DNA of 63,657 bases, counting the filler, from Octopus bimaculoides (lineage: Eukaryota): the NCBI RefSeq assembly GCF_001194135.2. It is 4 parts of 4 records of this genome, joined end to end, with 100 filler letters (N's around TTAATTAATTAA, not from the genome) between each part and the next. Parts side by side here need not be neighbours in the genome. Positions count along the whole stretch, not along the records: positions 1 to 21,769 come from NC_068990.1; positions 21,870 to 46,190 come from NC_068987.1; 2 more parts are not named here. One strand, written 5' to 3'. Positions 12,470-23,193 of this stretch are shown one piece after another. The translations under genes were made by a program, and so were the position numbers. Numbering within the stretch: the stretch's first letter is position 1; every line of letters starts with the position of its first letter. The notes below the pieces were generated by a model. That model made no database searches, was not told the DNA's origin, and worked only from the letters and a program-made list of their open reading frames with translations.

Positions 12470-13370
12470 GGGTATTATAGTACATTATACCGTAGTAGTT
12501 AGTCTCTAGGCAGGTCATACTAATATAATTTACCAATAGCAACGGGGATTTTGTAAAAGCCTCTAAAGATAATATATAGATTCCCATGGTAATTGAAGAT
12601 TAGCTATAATTTATAGTACATTACAATATAAAATTAGGTCTTAAGGTAGGCCACATCAGTGTATAATTTACCAATAGCAGTTGTGGTCTTTACTAAAACT
12701 CCTAGTACAATAGAGTATTGAGTTCCATTGTAATAGAGAATTGACTATAATCTATAGTACATTGTAGTATAATAATAATAATATAATATTAGATATTAAG
12801 GCAGGCCATATTAAAATATAAAATTTACAAATAGTGGCTATGGTTTTGCCATAAACTTCTAGGGATAATATAGTATAGATTCCATTATAATAGAGGGTTG
12901 TTTATAATTTATAGTACATTATAGTATAATATTAGATCTTAAGGCAGGCCGTATCAATGTATAACTTAACAAAAGCAATTGTGGGTTTTGCATAAGCTTC
13001 TAGAGGTAAGATAATATACTATAGATTTCCATCATAATGGAAAATTGTTTATAATTTATAATTTATAACTTATAGTGCATTATAGTGTAATATTAGGCCC
13101 TAAAGCAGGCCATATCAATATATAACTTACATATAGCAGCTGTGGTTTTTGCAAAAGCTCCCAGAGATAATAATTCCCATTGTAATTGAGGGTTATTTAT
13201 AATTTATAATTTATAGTACAGTGTAGTATAATATTATGTCTTAAGGCAGGCATATCAATGTACAATTTACCAATAGCAATTGTGGGTTTTATAATAGCTC
13301 CTAGGATAATATAATATAATTTCTATTAGAATAGATGATTGGTTATAAATTATGAACATTTCTCATAATA
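12470..13370 (+). repeat. Degenerate tandem array of about six 136-161 bp units in the Penelope 3' region
   Basis: The GGCAGGCCATAT-like anchor recurs at about 12509, 12645, 12800, 12943, 13104 and 13245 with shared flanks (TATAGTACATT...TAATATTAG; TTTACCAATAGCA.TTGTGG). Confidence 0.85.
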
Positions 13371-13525
13371 TTGCAAGGGGTTTCCTCCCCTTAATGGACT
13401 TTTGTTTAGAAAGGAACAAATTTAACGAGTCATTTAACGACAAAATTAAATATGGACGAGACCTAGAAATGTGGTATTGATCTCCTATTCTTGACTTTTG
13501 TTTGATTTTTGTTTGTTCTCAAATG

Positions 13526-13616
13526 TATTCCCTGAAGAGTTGTAAGGTAACTTATATGTTTGACTTAAATTTGACAGTCAAATATAGCCTTATACAGAAA
13601 TGTTGACATAGGAATA
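13526..13616 (+). ncRNA. Type I hammerhead ribozyme motif with long stem II in the Penelope pseudo-LTR
   Basis: UAUUCC-CUGAAGA-[stem II: UGUAAGG/CCUUAUA, then 11 bp 13555-65/13576-86]-GAAA-UGU(UG)ACA-UA-GGAAUA. Stem I is a perfect 6 bp; AUA cleavage triplet at 13608-13610; the stem II junction has a 2x2 mismatch. Confidence 0.7.
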
Positions 13617-13729
13617 AATTACAATAATAATGGATATTAGCGTCAAATCCCTAAGGAATCTAATTTAGACTTTTTGCGGTGAAATATCTTGCTATATTGG
13701 CAACGATTACATGGTTTTCTATGAACAAT

Positions 13730-13760
<31 letters not shown>

Positions 13761-14104
13761 AGATATGCACACATATATTATTATTGTATGCTGTGATGAC
13801 AAAAGACTATCTTGGACATCAAAGGGTTTCAATTGGTATGTGTTTGAGATATAATGAAGTGAATTTCGATGGTTGTGGATTGCACTTACTTGATTGTATC
13901 GTTCGTTAAAGTGTTTTTGTTGTTTTTTAATTGTAATTGATGTAAGATTGAATAATTAACACTCACGCTCATAACACAGACATTTGAATTAATTTTTGCA
14001 ATCCAGTCATCTTTTCCAGTTGGGATTTTGTCATTCTGAACTGATGGACCCTGAAGTGACTTATATATAATTGAACTGTGGTTATGTGTATCAGTCACAT
14101 ATTT

Positions 14105-16760
14105 TTACAGATTGGAAGGACTGGAAGAATGGTGGTAGCAGGGAATGGTATCAGACTGCCAGAAGGGAAGCTAGGCGACAGGTTTATTTAGCCAGAAGGG
14201 AAGCAGATAAGAAAAAATTTCCCAATGTTCTGTGTCGTGAGGACCAAAGACTTGAGGTATTTCGTGTTGCAAGACAGTGTGTGAGAGAGAATTGTGATGT
14301 CGTGGGAGAGAAATGTGTTCGCATGGATGATGGTACACTTGCATTAAACGAGACTGAAAAGAAAGAGGTATGGAGACGCCACTATGAAAGGTTGCTAAAT
14401 AAAGAGAATGAATGGGAAAAAGAGAGTCTGCCGAATGTTGACCCAACAGAGGGACCAGCTAGCCGAGTTGACAGTACCATGGTAGATAAAGCTATTAAGA
14501 GTATGAAGACAGGGAAAGCCCCCGGCCCTTCATGAATCAATGCAGAGATGCTCAAAATATCTAGCAGTGTTGGCTACAGCCTAGTCACCCATATTACGAA
14601 CCAGGTGATACACGAAGGAGTCATACCCAATGAATGGTGTAGCAGCACCATAGTCAACTGCTACAAAGGTAAAGGTGATGCTTTAGATACAAATAATTAC
14701 AGAGGTATCAAGTTGTTAGATAAGGTAATGAAAGTCACGGAGAGGGTCATAGCCCAACTAATTAGGGAGAGAGTCAGTTTAGATGAGATGCAGTTTGGGT
14801 TTGTGCCAGGGAAAAGCACCAATGATGCCATATTTCTGGTAAGACAGCTGCAAGAGAAATACCTAGCCAAAGATAAACCACTATACCTGGCTTTCGTTGA
14901 CATGGAGAAAGCCTTTGACAGGGTCCCCCAATCCCTTATCTGGTGGTCAATGAGGAAGCTAGGGATAGAAGAATGGTTAGTGAGAGCTGTGAAAGCCATG
15001 TACAGAGACGCTGTCAGTAAGGTGAGGGTTGGCAACGAGTACAGTGAAGAATTCCGGGTAGAGGTAGGGGTCCGCCAAGGTTCAGTCCTCAGATCCCTCC
15101 TATTTATCATAGTCCTCCAGGCAATCACAGAGGAATTCAAGACAGGATGCCCCTGGGAGCTCCTCTACACTGATGACCTTGCACTAATTGCTGAGTTACT
15201 ATCAGGACTGAAGGAGAAGTTTCAGGTGTAGAAGAAAGGACTAGAATCGAAGGGCCTTACAGTCAACCTAGCTAAAACCAAAGTCCTAATAAGTAGGAAG
15301 GTAGAAAAAACACAAACCCCTTCAGGTAGATGGCCCTGCTCGATCTGTAGAAAAGGCATAGGTAGAAACTCTATAAGATGCACCCAGTGCAAGCTATGGA
15401 CACATAAGAGGTGCAGAAATATCAAAGGAAGGTTAACTAGGAAGTTAGTTTTTGTATGTAGCAGATGTTCAGGAGCAATAAACACTGAAAATGTGCAGAA
15501 AACAACTTCTGCCACATTCCAGGGAGAAAAAATAGACGTAGTCGATAGTTTCCACTATCTAGGTGACCAAGTTTGTAGTGGAGGAGGGTGCATTGAAAGT
15601 GTAGCTGCTAGAATAAGAATAGCCTGGGCAAAGTTCAGAGAGCTCTTACCTCTGTTGGTGACAAGGGGTCTCTCACTCAGAGTAAAAGGCAGACTGTATG
15701 ATGCATGTGTACAAACAGCCATGCTTCATGGCAGTGAAACATGGGCCGTGACTGCTGAGGACATGCAAAGGCTCGCAAGGAATGAAGCCAGTATGCTCTG
15801 ATGGATGTGTAATGTCAGTGTGCATACTAGACAGAGTGTTAGTACCTTGAGAGAAAAGTTGAACTTACGAAGCATCAGTTGTGGTGTGCAAGAGAGACAA
15901 TTGCGCTGGTATAGTCATGCAGCGAGAATGGATGAGGATAGCTGTGTGAAAAAGTGCCACACCCTAGCAGTTGAGAGAACCTGTGAAAGAGGTAGGCCCA
16001 AGAAGACCTGGGATGATGTGGTGAGGCACGGCCTTCGAACATTAGGCCTCACTGAGGCAATGACTTCTGACTGAGACCTCTGGAAATATGCTGTACGCGA
16101 GAAGACCTGGCAAGCCAAGTGAGACCTAAATCTAAGGCCTCAGCCAGCACACTCATGCGTACCTTCCTTCATTGGACACTAAACTCTGCTTGCGAAGACC
16201 TGTTGAGGCAAGTAAAATCGAAATCGAATTAAATTCGATGACTGGCACCGATGCCAACAACATCTTCATTGGACACAAAACTCAGCTTGCGAAGACCTGT
16301 TGGGGCAAGCGAAAGCGAAATCATCATGGCACCTATGCCCAGCATCGCCTCCCTGGCACTTGTGCCGGATGGTATGTGTAAAGACATTCGAGCCAGATCG
16401 TTGCCAGTGCCGCCGAACTGGCTCCTGTGCAGGTGTCACGTAAAATACACCATTTTGAGCATGGCCATTGCCAGTACCGCCCGACTGGCCTTCGTGCCGG
16501 TGGCACGTAAAAGCACCCACTACACTCTCTGAGTGGTTGGCGTTAGGAAGGGCATCCAGCTGTAGAAACTCTGNNNNNNNNNNCACCCACTACACTCTCT
16601 GAGTGGTTGGCGTTAGGAAGGGCATCCAGCTGTAGAAACTCTGCCAAATTAGATTGGAGCCTGGTGTAGCCATCTGGTTTACCAGTCCTCAGTCAAATCG
16701 TCCAACCCATGCTAGCATGGAAAGCAGACGTTAAGCGATGATGATGATGATGATGATGAT
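14105..16760 (+). mobile_element. RTE-clade LINE, 5'-truncated, with long 3' UTR ending in (GAT)n
   Basis: One reading frame 14071-16120 broken only by nonsense codons (14533, 15229, 15799, 16072). Motifs NYRGIKLL, QFGF.PGKST.DAIF, AFVDMEKAFDRVP, GVRQGSVL, LLYTDD, F.YLG, MLHGSETW, LRWY.H..RM. The 3' UTR contains GGCGTTAGGAAGGGCATCCAGCTGTAGAAA and a (GAT)n tail. Confidence 0.93.
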
Positions 16761-16801
16761 ATGTATATAATCAAAATAAGCAACAAGGATATCCAGAGGC
16801 A

Positions 16802-16890
16802 ACGCAGTACGATCGTTTCATGCAACTCCATTTAATTGAACAATCCAATCATTGCATCAATTTAAAATGCAGAGCAATCCTCAGCTGCAC
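16802..16890 (-). ncRNA. Type I hammerhead ribozyme motif with long stem II, in a probable solo Penelope pseudo-LTR (~16760-17060)
   Basis: Minus strand: GUGCAG-CUGAGGA-U-UGC-UC-UG-CAUUU-UA-AAUUGA-(17-nt loop)-UCAAUU-AAAUG-GAG-UU-GCA-U-GAAA-CGAUCG-UA-CUGCGU. Complete core, palindromic stem III ACGAUCGU, GUA triplet, stem I 4 WC + 2 GU pairs. Confidence 0.78.
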
Positions 16891-17399
16891 AATGACATAG
16901 AATTTATTTAAATTATAACAGATGTACACATTAGTATAATTATACCTAAAATCTGCAAGAAGTTAAGGAGATACACAAAGAACATGCTGGCTTCACTCCA
17001 GCATAGAAGTTACTAAGTTATCAAGAAGATATACATTGTTACAGACTGCCTGTCACTGATTTTTTTTTGTTTTTATGGGGTTAGTTTTAATTTATAGACT
17101 AGTTTATCAAATCCTTGTATATCTAAGGCTGAGAGAACAAAGGGTAGTATCTATTAGGAGTAGAGCTGAGGGAGCAGACGGAAATCATAGTTGGTACAGT
17201 CATAAAAATGAAGATTTATTAGAAGTAATATCATGAGGTTAGGTAAAGGAAAACTTAAAACAAGATGTTAGCTGACAATTAAGGGGGTCGCCCACTAGCA
17301 GACCATTGATAATGAAACAGGGGAAGTCATATCATGTAGTACTATAGTTAAATGAATTTTTTACGATGGTGATGAATTTTCTGGGGCATCCATCCATAC

Positions 17400-18550
17400 T
17401 AACGGTATCAAAGGCCTTGGTCAGGTCGATACCCTAGAAAATTCATGACCATCGTAAGACAACTACACGATGGCATGTTGGCAAGAGTACAGGACAATGG
17501 AGAGACCTCTGATCCATTCTCTGTCTCCAACGGAGTGAAACAAGGATGTGTCCTTGCTCCCACCTTGTTCAGCCTTACATTCTCAGCCATGCTGACAGAT
17601 GCTTTCAGGGATACAGACATAGGTATCAGCACCAAGTACTGGTCCGACGGTTCAGTCTCCAGACTGAGGTAATGTATCAGCCAGCTCCCACCAAGTTTTA
17701 TGTTGAACCCAACATCACCATCAACGGGCAGCGACTGAATGTGGTGGACAAGTTTACCTACCTTGGCAGCACACTCTCTAGAAATGTTGTCGTCGATGAA
17801 ATCAACACCAAACTCGCCAAGGCAAGTGCTGCCTTCAGCAGGCTATGCAAGACTGTCTGGAACAGGAGGGGGATCACTATCATGACAAAGATCAAGGTGT
17901 ACAGGGCTGTTGTTCTCACAACATTGCTTTACGGCTGCGAGTCCTGGACAGTCTACCAGCATCATGCCAGGAAGCTGAACCACTTTCATACAATACGCCT
18001 CAGAAAACTTCTCAGCATAAACGGCAGGACAGGATCCTGGACACAGAGGTACTAATACGTGCTAACCTACCCACCATCCATACCATTTTGATGCAGTCTC
18101 AGCTTCGCTGGGCAAGGTACATAGCTCGCATATCAGACGATCGATTACCAAAAAGATTGCTCTTTGGCAAACTGCAAAAGAGAAAGCGCTCACAAGGCAG
18201 CCAGAAGAAGCACTTTCAGGACACACTGAAAGCCTCACTGAAAGCCTTCAACATCAACCATGACACTTGGGAGCAGTCTGCTCTAAACAGAGAAAGGTGG
18301 CGATCAGCTGTCCACAAGGGTGCCAATACATGCGAGACCAATAGGATAGCTGCTGCAGAAGACCGCAAACAAGCTAGGAAGAACAGAGCTAACAACCCAA
18401 CCCTGTAGCAGGTGCTACCATTCCCTGTCCACACTGTCAAAACTCTTTCGGGTGCAGATTGGCCTTACTAGCCATCTGCAGACTCACAAAACAAGCCCAC
18501 CCCCACCCTAGGATGACTAGATGGTCTTCATCACATCGACGGACAAACTG
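17400..18550 (+). mobile_element. RTE-BovB-like LINE fragment with internal deletion
   Basis: LHDGM.ARV...G..S..F.V.NGVKQGCVLAPTLFS, then a deletion near 17670 removing the YADD region; then V.KFTYLGSTLS, TKIKVYRAVVLTTLLYGCESW, QLRWA...RI.D.RLPK.LL.G.L, and a terminal CPHC...H...H finger near 18425-18487. Confidence 0.9.
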
Positions 18551-19445
18551 CACACATAGTTAAATGTTTTAAACAATGTTGCTATATTGTATACAGTTAA
18601 AGTTTAGGGTTATTCAGAGGATTATTAAGAAGAATATTATAACAAAAGGATAGAAATTTATGAATACTTTTGAATATATACCAAGCTTTTACCACAACAG
18701 AGGGAGGAAAAGAAATTATCCAGAAATAGTTTAATATTTATACATATTGTACACTTAAATACTAACTCATCAGATGGTATCTGTGAATATTGATTAATTG
18801 ATATATACTGGTATTAATAAAGGAGTATTGAGGTAAAAGAACATGCTAAATTATATATTAATGAAATTATAATCTAAGCAGTTTTTTTTAAGTAGTGAAT
18901 ATACCAGTATATTTTATATAAGCTAAGTATGAATTTACAGAGATACAAAAATTAGATTAACTTTATAAATAAATAAAGGCTAATTATAAAATAATGAAGA
19001 AATAAAATAAAATAATCAAGTAGGACAGAACACCATAGAAAAGGAATAAAATAGCTTAATTACTAATACTATGGTAAAGTATATATAGCTTATTAACACC
19101 AATAGAGAAGATTTATAGAAAAAGTATAATAATTCAAAATATATTAGACTAAAAATTATAAATTTACTTATTTAGCTAATATCAATAAAAGACTGATGTC
19201 TGGTATGAGTTAAAGGAGTATTCAAGTTATAGAACATTCATATTTTACATTAATCCTTTTTTAAAAACTAAGGGTTATATTATAGGTTTAAGAATTTATT
19301 ATTGTTACTCCCTACATGATATTTATAGTTTCTTAGTGGTACTTGNNNNNNNNNNNNNNNNNNNNNNNNNNNNNNNNNNNNNNNNNNNNNNNNNNNNNNN
19401 NNNNNNNNNNNNNNNNNNNNNNNNNNNNNNNNNNNNNNNNNNNNN

Positions 19446-19491
19446 AAAAAGGCTTCACACAGACACACAACTTCAGCTTTATATATTAAGA
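19446..19491 (-). mobile_element. Probable Helitron-type 5' terminus
   Basis: Minus strand reads A|TCTTAATATATAAAGCTGAAGTTGTGTGTCTGTGTG, matching the TC start and TATATAAAG..GAA..TGT.TGT pattern of animal non-autonomous Helitrons. It runs into an N gap and no 3' CTAG end was identified. Confidence 0.5.
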
Positions 19492-20439
19492 TCATACATA
19501 TATATGATATATTTATATATATATGATATATATTATGGATATATTTATCATATATGATACATATATAAAGAGATAAGGCAAATTTTCTGTGTGTGTGTGT
19601 ATGTTTAAAATTCATACATTTACACAATTCCAAATTTCTTGGATTAAAGAATCGCAATTAATATTCTAAATACAATTTGTTAGGTCACTGCGTCATTTTT
19701 TCACTGTAAATAATTCCTAATAACCAATAAAATCCATAAAACTACAGAAGTAAACATTTTTCCTCCTATTTCTATTCCTCTTACAAATCGTTTCAATTGC
19801 TACTTTCTCTTATGAACGTTTACGAACGATCCAAGAAAAAAGACAAAGAAACGAAGGAAAAAGAGTGAGAGTCAAATAAACAGACACACTACCAATCATA
19901 TGTAAATACACACATATATATGTACCTATGGTTACCAATGACCTCATTCTAATTGGCGGGAATTGTAAGTGTACTTTCCATTTCTAACTCCGTCCTTCAC
20001 CAGCGAGACATCTTTTTCAAATACGATCGACAAACGTTTATTCCCTACAAACTGTGAGTTTTTTGAAAATCTTTTCGTAACTCTTGAGATTAACACCCGC
20101 ACCATTACCTACCTAACCCTAACCCTAACACTGTAGTGAAAATTGTGCGGGTGTTAATTTGAAAATTTACCAATCTTTTTATACACACTCATACATACAT
20201 ACATACAAATACACACATACATACAAATAAACACATACATACAATTACGGGTCAGCCTTTTCCAAATATGATCGACAGTCAAACATTTACTTACTACCAT
20301 ATATATATACAGAGAGAGAAAACACATTAATACAAATACCTGTCATTTTCTTTTATTTATTTGCTGTTTCTTATCACCCTTTCTAAATACCATCACTTTG
20401 GTCACAGCGTCATTTTTATACACACTCATACATACGTAC

Positions 20440-21043
20440 AAATACACACATACATACGAAGAATACAACTGTTAACCATATTAATGATCAAATGCTAAAA
20501 ATCATTCCTGGGGATGGCTATATATATAAGTCTATTGATACAACTCCTGACCCTGAGGACGCCATCAACTATCCAATAGAAGTACTAAATTCCTTTGAGC
20601 CCCCTGGACTACCTCCACACATTCTCAAACTTAAAGTTGGTGCCCCTATAATGCTCATTCGAAATTTGGTTCCACCTAAACAATGCAATGGCACACGTTT
20701 AATCACTAAGTCCTTATCTCTCAATCTGATTGAGGCCACGATAATCACAGGGTGCGGTCGAGGCAACATTGTCCTCATATCCAGAATGCATCTTTTCCCA
20801 TCAGCAGCAGACCTACCTTTCACATTTCGGAGGTCCCAGTTGTCAGTGAGGCCATGCTTCGCAATGTCAATTAACAAAGCACAGGGGCAAACACTGTCTG
20901 TTGCAGGAATACATTTAGGGGAGCCGTGTTTCTCTCATGGTCAGCTTTACGTTGGCTGCTCATGTGTGGGCAGCAAGAGTGATGCTTTCGCGTTCGTTCC
21001 ACAAGGAAAAACACAAAACATTGTGTACAAGAAGGCTTTATAG
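20440..21043 (+). mobile_element. Helitron PIF1-like helicase C-terminal fragment
   Basis: Y.SID.....DA.NYP.E.LNS..PPGLPPH.L.LKVGAPIML.RNL.PPKQCNGTRL, then R.Q..VRPCFAMSINKAQGQTL..AGI.L..PCFSHGQLYV.CS.VG, ending KTQNIVYKKAL*. Confidence 0.92.
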
Positions 21044-21769
21044 GATTACTTCGATTCCTAATTTTATTAATTTAAACAATTTTTAAAATTTCTTACTTTT
21101 CATCAGTAATTTCTAAGTAGGTGTAGGTTCATATTCATTGCAGTGCACTTGACACTCCCAAATATCAGCTGTAAAAACGCTGATTCTCGTGGCGTTACAA
21201 AACTTTATTACAAATCAGACCCTGCTCAAAAATCACCTGTTGTTACTCACCAACACCCATTGGGCAGGCATCAGAGGACTATGGACAGCTTAGTATTTCA
21301 ATTCCGTACAACTCTCAAAGAGTCAACAATGCTTTTATTACGAGATTTACATTTTTAGGCAGTTTCCTGCAATTACTTCACACACTCAGTTCTATTTTAT
21401 TCAAATCGTCAGTACACCAGCCTCATCTTCTACATCTCCCCCTTCCATCTCCTCTCTCACCATTACAGTTTACTACATCGGCAACATTATCGCAAGATAC
21501 CATTTGAAAACCAAGCAACATATTTCATACAACAACAAAGGTAATCATAACGACGATCAATGAAACAAATGCATTAAAATAATTACATGAAGAAGTAACT
21601 ATCTCTTACACACCATTACAATTTACATAAAATAACAACACTTAAACAGTCGATAAAACTAAATACATACATCCTCTCTCTCACCATTATATTTTACACC
21701 ATTACATTTTACATCAAATACAAACTATTCTAAAGCAACAGGTCATTTTACACAACATCTTCACGAGAC

Positions 21770-21869
21770 NNNNNNNNNNNNNNNNNNNNNNNNNNNNNNN
21801 NNNNNNNNNNNNNTTAATTAATTAANNNNNNNNNNNNNNNNNNNNNNNNNNNNNNNNNNNNNNNNNNNN
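21770..21869. other. Artificial scaffold join (44 N + TTAATTAATTAA + 44 N)
   Basis: Exactly 100 bp with a six-frame-stop 12-mer in the middle; identical constructs at 46191 and 62355. Confidence 0.95.
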
Positions 21870-22406
21870 ATATATGACATATTAATAAAAACCTGTAAAA
21901 TGTACAACCATCCAAATATCTGAGTACCTTATTATTTTTTCTAATATATAATTCCTGTAAATCATCTCTAAACTTTCTAATATATATACATAATTTTGAC
22001 CAGCCAGTATTTGTGTTTGCTTGGGTATATATGAATGAACAGGTATGTGTGTAGATGTATGTATTAGCAAGAAATCTTTGAAATATAACTGAACGTTGAC
22101 ATACGTATATAAGCGCCTATATACATACATACACACATACATACATACATACATACATACATACATACATGCATACATACATACATACATACAGCAATAT
22201 TCTGGAAGAGCAAACATTTTCAAACACTAACACAAGCTTAACAGATACAATCTATCAATGGAACAATAAAAATATGCAAGACTTTCTTAAGTTTGATAAA
22301 TAAAAATTATCGTGTTTGTTATCCAAATTCTAGCAATGAAGCTTTGTTTTTTTTGTTGGTTTTTTTTTGCTCCCTACATCTGTGAAGAATACAATCAAAC
22401 AAACAG

Positions 22407-22489
<83 letters not shown>

Positions 22490-23127
22490 ATATAAGCTAG
22501 CTGCTTAGGGGAGCGGTGGGCACCGAACAGAATCCGAACGATTCGAGTATAACGCGATATAACGTGTATAACCTGTTGCTGTGTATACATATTCACACAT
22601 ATCCTTGATTGCGTGCATTCGTCTGAGTATGTGTGTGCGTGGGTTGGGTACGGTGACTTGCTGCCTGAATCACATACAAACGTGAGTCGCTCTCATTCCG
22701 TTCATCCCCCACCGTATCAGTAAGCAGAGAGTGTATATTTTGATAACATACTTAATATAATATCCTTTATATTGTTTTCTTAAAGCTTTCCGAGATATCC
22801 GCTTCGGACGAATTACTATCTTATGGAATTTATATCATTTCTAATATCCTATTTAATCTCTTTACAATCTACTTCCTATATTGCGTAATCTATATTGGTG
22901 TTACGTAATCTCTCAAACATCTCCCTTCCAATTTTCCTAACGATGGAATGTGATGCGTTGAGAAAATTACTAGATTTCTCGCTGTTGTGATATCCTCGAA
23001 CCAGGCTTTTCTGGTTTTGCTTAAGAACACAACACATCGCCCGGTCCCGGTATCGAAACTACAATCTTACCACCAAGAGTGCAACACCACAACCACTAAG
23101 CCACGCGCCTCAACAAACACACACACA

Positions 23128-23193
<66 letters not shown>

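Larger units (their letters stand above)
9571..13735 (+). mobile_element. Penelope-like retroelement (RT + C-terminal GIY-YIG), near full length, decayed
   Basis: Frameshifted ORF 10134-12454; direct pseudo-LTR repeats at 9873-10078 and 13583-13735; inverted 5' copy (9571-9867) of 12707-13005; 3' end runs into a (TA)n tract. Confidence 0.9.

Noticed and set aside
12470-13370. Regularly spaced repeats superficially like a CRISPR array
   Set aside because: Whole ~145-bp units are homologous (no unique spacers), the context is eukaryotic, and no cas genes are present.
16514-16643. Direct repeats flanking short N gaps (also 30985-31093, 46950-47012, 48900-49330)
   Set aside because: Identical sequence on both sides of a gap is the signature of unmerged overlapping contig ends.
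21814-21825. TTAATTAATTAA palindrome repeated three times in the window (also 46235 and 62399)
   Set aside because: Always centred in exactly 44 N + 12 + 44 N; an assembly linker with stops in all frames, not biology. Adjacency across these joins is uncertain.
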